From the NCBI GenBank assembly GCA_028826165.1, contig JAPDFW010000053.1:186001-250000 (forward strand): a DNA stretch of 64,000 nt, read 5' to 3'. Shown here in pieces: positions 22,557 through 33,373 of this stretch. The notes under the pieces were generated by a model that saw only the letters and a program-made list of their open reading frames with translations, was not told the DNA's origin and did not search any database. A program made the translations under genes and the position numbers. The DNA comes from Anaeramoeba ignava BMAN. Lineage: Eukaryota > Protista > Anaeramoebae. Within the stretch, counting starts at the first letter, position 1; each line of letters starts with the position of its first letter.

Positions 22557-23599
22557 AATCAAAATCAAAATCAAAAGATAAATAAAAAATCAAATAAAAA
22601 ATAAAAAAGATAATAAAAATCAAAATAAAGATATTCATAAAATCAATATTAAAGATAATAAAGAAATAAAAAATCAAAATCAAAAATAATAAAAAATTAA
22701 AAAAAATAAAATCAAAGAAAAAGGAAAAAAGAAAAGATATTAATAAAAATTTAAAATTTCTTTTTAAAATAAAAAGATATTCAAAATTTTCAAAAGATAT
22801 TAAAAAGAATTTTCAATTTTTCAATCAAAAGATTAAAAATATTCAAAAATAAAAAAGAAAACAAAAACAAAAAAAACAAAAAGAAAATAAAGATAATAAA
22901 AAAAACAAACAATAATAAACAAAAATAAAAACATAAAAACATAATAAAAATAAAATTTAAAAACAAATTCAAAAATAAAAAAATAAAAGATAATAAAATA
23001 AAAAAAAAATAAAGAAATAAAGATATTAAAAGATAAAGAAATTCAAAAAGATATTAAAGATATTAAAGATAATAAAAATAATAAAGATAATAAAAATAAT
23101 AAAGATAATAAAGATAATAAAGATAATAAAATAATAAAAGATAATAAAGATATTAAAGATAATAAAGATATTAAAGATAATAAAGATATTAAAGATATTA
23201 AATAAAGATATTAAAGAAAAATTTAAAAGAATTTTAAAGATTTTTTAAAAAGAATTTAATCAAGATCCAAAAATTTGGAAAAACAAAAACCAATTTTGAT
23301 TTAAAAATAGAAAAACAAAAACAATTTCCAAAAATTAAAACAAAATTGAAAAAATGAAAAAATCAAATAAAGATAATAAAAATAAAAAAAAACCATAATT
23401 TTTAATTTTAAAGATTTTGCAATAGAAAAACAAGTTTAAAGAAAATATAATTCAATTTTGATTTGAAAAAAAAGATGCTAATGAAAATTTTATTGAAATA
23501 TTGCTTAAAAAAAAAAAAAATCCAAATATTTCAATTGAAATTATTAAATATTTAAAAACAAATCAGGAGCTTTGATATTATTAAAAATTGAAAATAAAA

Positions 23600-26500
23600 A
23601 TGAAACAATTCAAAAACAAACATATCAAACATGCTTGTTTAAATCCAAATATTTCAATTGAAATTATTAAATATTTAATTTCATCAGGAATTAATATTAA
23701 TTCAAAAACAAATCAAAATCAAACAGTTTTACATATTGCTTGTAGAAATGAAAATATTTCACTTGAAATTATTAAATTTTAATTTCATCAGGAATTGATA
23801 TTAATTCAAAAATAAAAGATAAAAATAAAACAGCTTTACATATTGCTTGTAAAAATGAAAATATTTCACTTGAAATTATTAAATATTTAATTTCATCAGG
23901 AATTGATATTAATTCAAAAACAGATTGGGGTTGGACAGCTTTACATATTGCTTGTAAAAATGAAAATATTTCACTTGAAATTATTAAATATTTAATTTCA
24001 TCAGGAATTGATATTAATTCAAAAACAAATTTAAATGAAACAGTTTTACATATTGCTTGTTTAAATCCAAATATTTCATTTGAAATTATTAAATATTTAA
24101 TTTCATCAGGAATTGATATTAATTCAAAAACAAATTATAATCAAACAGTTTTACATTATGCTTCTTTAAATCCAAATATTTCACTTGAAATTATTAAATA
24201 TTTAATTTCATCAGGAATTGATATTAATTCAAAAACAAATTTGGGTTTAACAGCTTTACATATTACTTGTAAAAATGAAAATATTTCCATTGAAATTATT
24301 AAATATTTAATTTCATCAGGAATTGATATTAATTCAAAAACAAAACAAAATAAAACAGCTTTACATATTGCTTGTAAAAATGAAAATATTTCACTTGAAA
24401 TTATTAAATATTTAATTTTATCAGGAATTAATATTAATTCAAAAACATATCTAAATCAATCAGCTTTACATTATGCTTGTGAAAATAAAAATCCAAATAT
24501 TTCACTTAAAATTATTAAATATTTAATTTCATCAGGAATTGATATTAATTCAAAAACATATTGGGGTTGGACAGCTTTACATATTGCTTGTAAAAATGAA
24601 AATATTTCCATTGAAATTATTAAATATTTAATTTCATCAGGAATTGATATTAATTCAAAAACAAATCAAAATGAAACAGTTTTACATTATGCTTCTTTAA
24701 ATCCAAATATTTCACTTGAAATTATTAAATATTTAATTTCATCAGGAATTGATATTAATTCAAAAACAAATCAAAATCAAACAGTTTTACATTATACTTG
24801 TTCTAATCCAAATATTTCATTTGAAATTATTAAATATTTAATTTCATCAGGAATTGATATTAATTCAAAAACAAATCAAAATGAAACAGCTTTACATTAT
24901 GCTTGTAAAAATGAAAATATTTCCATTGAAATTATTAAATATTTAATTTCATCAGGAATTGATATTAATTCAAAAATAAAAGATAAAAATGAAACAACTT
25001 TATATATTGCTTGTAAAAATAAAAATATTTCACTTGAAATTATTAAATATTTAATTTCATCAGGAATTGATATTAATTCAAAAACAAATCAAAATGAAAC
25101 AGCTTTACATATTGCTTGTAGAAATAAAAATATTTCATTTGAAATTATTAAATATTTAATTTCATCAGGAATTGATATTAATTCAAAAACAAATCAAAAA
25201 TGAAACAGCTTTACATTATGCTTGTAAAAATGAAAATATTTCCATTGAAATTATTAAATATTTAATTTCATCAGGAATTGATATTAATTCAAAAATAAAA
25301 GATAAAAATGAAACAACTTTATATATTGCTTGTAAAAATAAAAATATTTCACTTGAAATTATTAAATATTTAATTTTATCAGGAATTGATATTAATTCAA
25401 AAACAAATCAAAATGAAACAGTTTTACATATTGCTTGTGAAATAAAATATTTCACTTGAAATTATTAAATATTTAATTTCATCAGGAATTGATATTAATT
25501 CAAAAACAAATCAAAATGAAACAGTTTTACATATTGCTTGTAAAAATAAAAATGTTTCACTTGAAATTATTAAATATTTAATTTCATCAGGAATTGATAT
25601 TAATTCAAAAACAAATCAAAATGAAACAGCTTTACATTATGCTTGTAAAAATGAAAATATTTCACTTAAAATTATTAAATATTTAATTTCATCAGGAATT
25701 GATATTAATTCAAAAACAAATCAAAATCAAACAGCTTTACATATTGCTTGTGAAAATAAAAATATTTCACTTGAAATTATTAAATATTTAATTTCATCAG
25801 GAATTGATATTAATTCAAAAACAAATCAAAATCAAACAGCTTTACATATTGCTTGTGAAATTCAAATATTTCACTTGAAATTATTAAATATTTAATTTTA
25901 TCAGGAATTGATATTAATTCAAAAACAAATGAAAATCAAACAGCTTTACATATTGCTTGTTCTAATCCAAATATTTCACTTGAAATTATTAAATATTTAA
26001 TTTCATCAGGAATTGATATTAATTCAAAAACAACTCGAAATGAAACAGTTTTACATATTGCTTGTGACAATTTAAATCAAAATATTTCACTTGAAATTAT
26101 TAAATATTTAATTTCATCAGGAATTGATATTAATTCAAAAACAAATAAAAATCAAACAGCTTTACATATTGCTTGTTCTAATCCAAATATTTCACTTGAA
26201 ATTATTAAATATTTAATTTCATCAGGAATTGATATTAATTCAAAAACAAATCAAAATCAAACAGTTTTACATATTGCTTGTGACAATAAAAATATTTCAC
26301 TTGAATTTTTTGGATATTTAAATTCATCAGGAATTAATATTAATCCAAAAACAAATGAAAATGAAACAATTTTGGATTATACTTGTAAAAATAAAGATAT
26401 TTCACTTGAAATTATTAAATATTTAATTTCATCAGGAATTGATATTAATTCAAAAACAAATCAAAATATAACAGCTTTACATATTGCTTGTTTAAATAAA

Positions 26501-27637
26501 AATATTTCACTTGAAATTATTAAATATTTAATTTCATCAGGAATTGATATTAATTCAAAAACAATTTGGGGTTGGACAGCTTTACATATGGTTTGTGAAT
26601 ATCGAAATATTCAATTTATCAAGTTATTAATGAAGAATGATGTAAATATTTTTGATTTAGAAGATTATCGAATTAATAAAGAAATAATTAATTTATTTCC
26701 AAAAATTTATTCAATTAATGAAGATTTAAATAATTTTTTAAAATCAAGTCAAAATGAAAATGAAAATGAAAAATTTACAGATTTAGAAATTAAAACAAAT
26801 GATTATTTCAAATTTAAAGTTCATAAAATAATTTTATTAACAAGATTTGATAATGATAAATTAATTTTACAAAAATTTATCAATATTTGTAATAGAAAAC
26901 CAAAAAGAGATGTTCAATTAGCTTTAAATTTTCTTTATACTGGATTTACTAATTTTGATTATTTTATTCAAAGATTTCAAAATTTCATCAATTATAAAAA
27001 TCAAATGAAAGAAATTGATGAATCAAAACAATATCCATATCCATATCCATATCCATATCCATTTCAAAATGAAAATGAAAATGAAAAAATAAAAAAATTT
27101 GAAAATTTAAGAAAAACAGAAATTGAAAAAGAAAATGAAATTGAAGAACAAGAAAATGAATTAATGAAAGATATTTTTGAAAAAATTGGAATTGAATCAA
27201 ATTGGATTGAAACAAAAAAAGGAAGAAAAGGAATAATAAAAGATTTATCAAAATTATATCAACAAAATGAAACAAAAGATTTTAAAATAATTTGTTCAGA
27301 AAATGAAAATGAAATTCAAAATCAAAATCAAAATAAAAAAGAAATTAAAGTTCATAAATTAATATTAATAATAAGAAGTGAATTATTTAAAGGAATGTTT
27401 TTAAATGTTCAAGATCAATCAAATCAAGTTCATGATTATTCACGAAAATCATTTGAAACAATAAATCAATTTATTTATTTCCTTTATCATGATGAATTTG
27501 AAGAAGAAACAAAAATAACAAAAGAAAATCTTGAAGAATATGTTGATATAAAAGATTATTATCAATTAAATCCAAAATCATTAATTGGAGAATTATTACT
27601 TGATTTTGATTATTTTAAAAATATTTTTTTCAATTAA
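23600..27637 (+). CDS. Ankyrin-repeat (~28 near-identical 35-aa units) + C-terminal double BTB-like protein; start unresolved
   Basis: 105-nt coding unit (SSGIDINSKTxx[N/G]xTALH[I/Y]ACxNxNISLEIIKYLI) from ~23630 to ~26600, with no introns. C-terminus has FTDLEI..FKVHKIILLTR and KDFKII..KVHKLILIIRSELFKGMF..FLYHD. Frameshifts at ~23779, 25200, 25441 and 25860. 5' region 23350-23600 is garbled. Confidence 0.85.
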
Positions 27638-27638
27638 T

Positions 27639-27641
27639 TAA

Positions 27642-27697
<56 letters not shown>
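27639..27697. repeat. (AAAG)n microsatellite
   Basis: Directly visible between the ANK-BTB stop and the BTB-TLDc start. Confidence 0.9.
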
Positions 27698-27765
27698 ATT
27701 TCAAACCATTTTCTTTCCATTTTTTTTTTCATTTTTTTTTTCAATTTTTCAAAATTTAAATAAAA

Positions 27766-29214
27766 ATGGAAAATTATTTAAATTTAGAAAAACTTTCAAA
27801 TGATTTAAAAAATTTATTTCAAAATCAAAATCAAAATGAAAACCAAAATGAAAGTTATTTTGATTTTGAAATAATTTGTGAACAAAATCAAATTTCATTT
27901 AAAACTCATAAATCAATTCTTTCTTCAAGAAGTTATTATTTTAAATCTCTTTTCAATTCAAAAATGAAAGAATATCAAGAAAATAAATTAATTTTAAAAG
28001 ATGTTTCAAGTTCAATTCTATCTTCAATTTTAAATTATTTTTATTCAGGAAAAATTGAAATTAATTTAGAAAATGCAATAGAAATTTTAATTTTTTCATC
28101 AAAATATTTAATTGATGAATTAATTGAAATTTGTTTAAATTTTATCAAAAATAATTTACAATTTGAAACTATTATTGATATTCTTAAATTATCTGAATCA
28201 ATGAACTTAAATCAATTATTAGATTCTTCTTATCAATTTATTTCTGAAAATTTTGAAGAATTTATTAAAACTCCATTTTTTCTTGAACTTGAAGAAAATC
28301 ATTTAAAATCAATTTTATCAAATGATGATATTTTTATGAATGAATTTAAAATTTTCCAATCAATAATAAAATGGGGAAAACATAAATCAAATATTAATCA
28401 AGAAAAAGAAGAAAAAGAAGAAAAAGAACAATTACAAAATCAAATTTCAAATATTATTGATAAAATCAGATTTATTGATTTTTCAAAACAAGAACTTAAA
28501 GATACTTTAAAAGAAGATTTAATTCCAAATCAAATTTCAGAAAAATTAATTCAATTCCAAAAACTTCAAAATGATACAAAACAATTAAATCAATTTATTG
28601 AAAAAGAAAATTCATTCATTTTCAAAACAAGATTTAGATTTAAATCAAAAATTATTCAAGAAAAAGAACATTTCAATAAATTGAAAGAATGGATAAATGA
28701 TGAAGAATTCTGTTCCAAAATGAAAAAAGGATTTTCAGCCAAAAAAGATGGATTTGATTGTAAAAAATGGCATTCAATTTGTGATAATAAAGGAAAAACA
28801 TTAATTATTATTCAAACCAAAGATAATTTTATTTTTGGAGGATTTACTCAAATTGGATTTACAACTGATAAGTCAAAATGGAGTGAAAATTGGAGAGATA
28901 GTGGACATATTAGAGATTCAAATGCATTTATTTTTTCATTAAGAAATGATAAGAATGATAGAAACCCTGAAAAATTTCCAATTCAAAAAAAGAAAGAAGA
29001 ATTTGCAATTTTTTATGTATCAAATGATGGACCAAGATTTGGTGAATTTGATGATATTTGGATTGATGCAGATCTTTTAACAGGAGGAACTTTTTTTGGA
29101 AATTCATATAAATTACCTAAAGGAATTCATTATGAAACCGAAAAAGCGAATAGTTATTTAGCTGGTTCTTATGATGATTGGGAAATTGAAGAACTTGAGA
29201 CTTATTTCATTTAA
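27766..29214 (+). CDS. BTB-BACK-TLDc protein, copy 1
   Basis: BTB (FDFEII..FKTHKSILSSRSYYFKSLFNSKMKE), BACK (FLELEENHLKSILSNDD..KW) and TLDc (FSAKKDGF..H..CDNKGKTL..IFGGFT..AFIFSL..GPRFG..EELETY). Intronless. Confidence 0.9.
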   Translation: MENYLNLEKLSNDLKNLFQNQNQNENQNESYFDFEIICEQNQISFKTHKSILSSRSYYFKSLFNSKMKEYQENKLILKDVSSSILSSILNYFYSGKIEINLENAIEILIFSSKYLIDELIEICLNFIKNNLQFETIIDILKLSESMNLNQLLDSSYQFISENFEEFIKTPFFLELEENHLKSILSNDDIFMNEFKIFQSIIKWGKHKSNINQEKEEKEEKEQLQNQISNIIDKIRFIDFSKQELKDTLKEDLIPNQISEKLIQFQKLQNDTKQLNQFIEKENSFIFKTRFRFKSKIIQEKEHFNKLKEWINDEEFCSKMKKGFSAKKDGFDCKKWHSICDNKGKTLIIIQTKDNFIFGGFTQIGFTTDKSKWSENWRDSGHIRDSNAFIFSLRNDKNDRNPEKFPIQKKKEEFAIFYVSNDGPRFGEFDDIWIDADLLTGGTFFGNSYKLPKGIHYETEKANSYLAGSYDDWEIEELETYFI

Positions 29215-29520
29215 AAACTTTTTTCCATTCTTTTTTAAAATTTAATTCAATTTTCTTTTACTTTCAATCAAATAAAATTCTTCAAATTAATAAATATGAA
29301 ACAAACCAAATTTCAAATAATTTTAAATTAATTTAAAATTATTATTAAAAATTTTGAAAAAAAAAATGAAAAATTATTTTTTTAGATATTAAAACAAAAT
29401 AAAAATTGGGAATAGAAATTAATAATGATTAAATTTCAATTATTTATTATTAGATAAATTTATAATGAAAACAATTATAATTTATTATTAAAAACTATTC
29501 AAATTCAATTTTTCTCTTTA

Positions 29521-30070
29521 TTAAAATATTTTATTAATTTTATTAAATTATTTGGAATAAGTTTATATTATTTTTAAATAAAGAAATATTAATAAAATAT
29601 ATAAATCAAGATTAATTCTAAATCTAATTATTTAATATTCTTTATTTAATTTTTGAAATAAATTAATTAAAATATTTTGTTAATTTTATTTAATTATTTG
29701 GAATAAGTTTATATTATTTTAAACATAAAATTAAATCTTAATTTAATTTTTAAACTGATTTCCAAATTAAATATTAATTCAAATTAATTTTCATTTTTTA
29801 AATAAATTAATTAAAATATTTTATTAATTTTATTAAATCATTTAGAATAATTTTATATTATTTTAAACATAAAATTAAATCTTAAATTAATTTTTAAACT
29901 GATTTCTAAATCTAATTATTTAATATTATTTATTTAAAATTTGAAATAAATTAATTAAAATATTTTATTAATTTTATATAATTATTTGGAATAATTTTAT
30001 ATTATTTTAAACATAAAATTAAATCTTAAATTAATTTTTAAATTGATTTCTAAATTAAATATTAATTCAA
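29521..30070. repeat. ~145-bp AT-rich tandem repeat, ~4 copies, inverted relative to 15653-15960
   Basis: ttaaaatatttt(a/g)ttaattttat...ggaataa recurs at ~29521, 29667, 29811 and 29955. Confidence 0.75.
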
Positions 30071-30131
30071 ATTAATTTTCATTTTTTTCATTTTTTTCAT
30101 TTTTTTCTTTTCATTTTTTGTTTCTTTTTAA

Positions 30132-31813
30132 ATGTCAAAAAATATTGAAATTGAAGAGAAAACTTTTTTAATTCATTATCTGTAATTAAAATAGAATTAA
30201 CATTTAATTCAAATTTATTAAAAAACAAAAAACAAAAAACAATCGAAAAATAAATTAATTTTTGAAAAAAAAAAAGTCAAAAACAATTTTCAATAAAATT
30301 AACAAGTTCAAATTTACCGAAATATGAATCAATGAATAAATCAACTTTAAAACAAGAAATTATAAGTTTATTAATGCAAATGAATCGAATTAATGTAGAT
30401 CAAGCAACAAGAAAATTAGATTCAGAATTATTTAATTATTTTACAAAAAGAGCCAAAGATTTAGTAGTTTTTCAATTAATATTAAAATTAAAATTCATTT
30501 CGAAATTAAAATTCATTTTGAAATTAAAATCAAATTTAAAATTAAAATTAAAATTAAAATTAATATTAAAATTCATTTTGAAATTAAAATTCATTTGAAA
30601 ATTCATTTTGAAATTAAAATCAAATTTAAAATTAAAATCAAATTAAAATTAAAATTAAAATTCATTTTGAAATTAAATTTAAAATTAAAATTAAAATTGA
30701 AATTGAAATTAAAATTAAAATTAAAATTAAAATTGAAATTAAAATTCATTTTGAAATTAAAATTCAAATTAAATTTAAAATTAAAATCAAATTTAAAATT
30801 AAAATTCATTTTGAAATTAAAATTAAAATTCATTTTAAAATTAAAATTCATTTTGAAATTAAAATTCATTTTGAAATTAAAATTGAAATTAAAATTAAAA
30901 TTAAAATTCATTTTGAAATTAAAATTCATTTTGAAATTAAAATTAAAATTGAAATTAAAATTAAAATTAAAATTAAAATTCATTTTGAAATTAAAATTAA
31001 TATTAAAATTAAAATTAAAATTCATTTTGAAATTAAAATTCATTTTGAAATTAAAATCAAATTTAAAATTAAAATTAAAATTCATTTTGAAATTGAAATA
31101 AAAATTAAAATTCATTTTGAAATTAAAATTCATTTGAAAATTCATTTTAAAATTCATTTGAAAATTTAGATCGAAAAAAATCAAAATAATATCCCTTTAG
31201 TTGATCGAATTCTTGAAAAACAAATTAGATCAACTAAAGGAAAAATTCAAACACAAAATATCGCATCACTTCAACAAATCAAAAGAATATTAGAAGTAAA
31301 AGAAGTAAAAAATCCACGATTTGTAATCGAACATCTTCTCAATTTTGAACAATACATTTCGAAATCTAAACCAAAAACAGAAAATGAAATTTATAAACAT
31401 TTCATTTCTCTTCCAAAACTTCTTTTGCAAAATGAAGAAATGCAAACAAAATTGAGAAATTTAGTTTTTCCTTTAATTAGTGAAATTCAATTTGGAAATG
31501 AAAATTTATTATTTGAAATTTCCGCTCAAAATTCTCAAGAAAATAAAGAAAAAAATTCCATTTTGCAAAATGATTTAGAACAAAATTCAAATGAAAATGA
31601 GGTAAATAATTTCCGTTATTTTTTTTTAAATGAAAACAAAAGAAATTTTTTTTGATTTTTTTTTGTTCCACTTTTTTTTTTTTAATTTTTTTTTTCTTTT
31701 TTTAGGCTTTTCTTAGTTATGAAGAAAATGAAAAAATTTTAAGAGAAGAATTATTGAGACAAATTAGTAGAAATAAAAAGAAAAGAAAAATTGAATCAAA
31801 TTTATCAAATTAA
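30132..31813 (+). CDS. Hypothetical protein, 4 exons
   Basis: In-frame GT-AG joins: ~30132-30181, ~30277-30464 (..MNKSTLKQEI..KRAKDL), 31170-31601 (IEKNQNNIPLVDRILEK..NE) and ~31706-31813. Intron 2 is an (AAAATT/ATTCAT) satellite. No family recognised. Confidence 0.55.
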
Positions 31814-31912
31814 AAAAGAAGAAAAATGGAAAAAAAAAAAATATTTTTTATTTTTTTGAAAATTTTTTTCATTTTTTTTTTCATTTTTTTTTAAAATAAA
31901 AGAAATTAAAAA

Positions 31913-32910
31913 ATGACAAATATAGAACAAGCAGAACTTTTTAAAGTATTTTAAATAAAAGAAAAAAAATAAAATAAAAAAAATAAAAGAAAAAAAAACG
32001 TATGAATAAATTTTTTTGTAAAATATTAGATTTTAATTGTTGGTGCGCCTGGATGTGGAAAAACAAGTATTATAAGAAGATATACAGAAGGACATTTTAC
32101 ACCTAATTATAAATCAGTTAAAATTTTTAATTTAAAATTAATTGAAATTTTTTAATTGAAATTTTTAATCAAAATATCGAAAAAAAACATTTACTTTTAA
32201 AGACCATTGGCGTAGATTTTGCAACTAAGGAATTGTCGCTATCCAAACATAAGATTACTCTTCAATTATGGGATATTGCTGGTCAAGAACGGTAAGAAAA
32301 TAAAAAAAAACAAGAAAACACAAATGATCCGCAATTTGCTCAAAAAAATTGTTTCATTTTTAATACACATATTTAATTTGAATTATGCAAAGTTGTGGAG
32401 CCATGACACACATTTATTATAAAAGCGCCGCGTTTGCGATTATTGTTTTTGATTCTTCAAGAAAACAGACTCTTGAAGAAGCGGCGAAGGTATATCATTT
32501 TTTTTTTCAACTGCCATTTAGCATGTAGTTTATCAATAATAATTATAATCACAACATCTAATATTTTAGTGGAAAAATGATGTTTCTGGAAATGCGTTTC
32601 TTCCAAATGGAAAACCTATTCCAATGTTTTTGTTTGCAAACAAAGTTTGAATTTCAAAAGGAAAAATAATTGATAAAAAAAGAAACAATATAAATATTAA
32701 TATAAATAATAATATAAATAATAATAATAATAATAAATATTTGGATAATAATTTAGAGTGATTTAGAACCTGAAGTGAGTCAAGAAAGTATTGAGGAATT
32801 TTCACAGCAAAATGGGTTTGTTCGTTGGTTTTTCACTTCTGCAAAAGAAGATACAAATATTGGTAATTTTTTGGATTGTTTAAATTTAATTAAAAAATTT
32901 TTTTTTCTCA

Positions 32911-32941
<31 letters not shown>

Positions 32942-33075
32942 TTTTAGATGAAGCAATGAGAACTTTAGCACAAGATCTTATAGAATTAGATATTCATCCT
33001 ATTAATAGAGAAGGTGTTAATTTGAGAGATAATTCAGATCAAGTTAAAAAGAAAACTAATAGTGGTTGTTGTTAA
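31913..33075 (+). CDS. RAB32: Rab32/38/29-subfamily small GTPase, 7 exons
   Basis: Spliced product: GAPGCGKTS, YKSTIGVDF, WDIAGQER (Rab32/38 signature), WKND..LPNGKPIP..ANKSD, WFFTSAK, C-terminal GCC prenylation motif. Confidence 0.85.
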
Positions 33076-33373
33076 TGAACTAACTTATTATTTTTATTTA
33101 CTTCTAATTCTTGAAATATTCATTTCCTTTTAAAATTCATTTTAAATTTCGTTTTAAATTGAATTTGAAATTCAATTAAAATTTATTTTTTTTTTTTTCC
33201 GATTTTTGTGAATATTCAAAAATTCGAGAAAAGATTTTATTTTTTAAAACAAAGAAAATTAAATTTGAAATAAAAAAATAAGAAGAATTTTTTAAAAACT
33301 ATTAATTTGATTTTCTTTTAAATAAGAACTAAAAACAAAGAGAATTATTTTTGTTTTTGTTTTTTTTTTTTGA

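Noticed and set aside
5780-29214. Diversity-generating retroelement as the source of variation
   Set aside because: No reverse transcriptase in the window, no template/variable repeat pair, and substitutions are not adenine-specific.
15653-30070. Giant DNA transposon bounded by the inverted repeats
   Set aside because: No transposase or integrase inside, it encloses the housekeeping gene PRP22, and the repeats are tandem arrays without defined termini or a visible target-site duplication.
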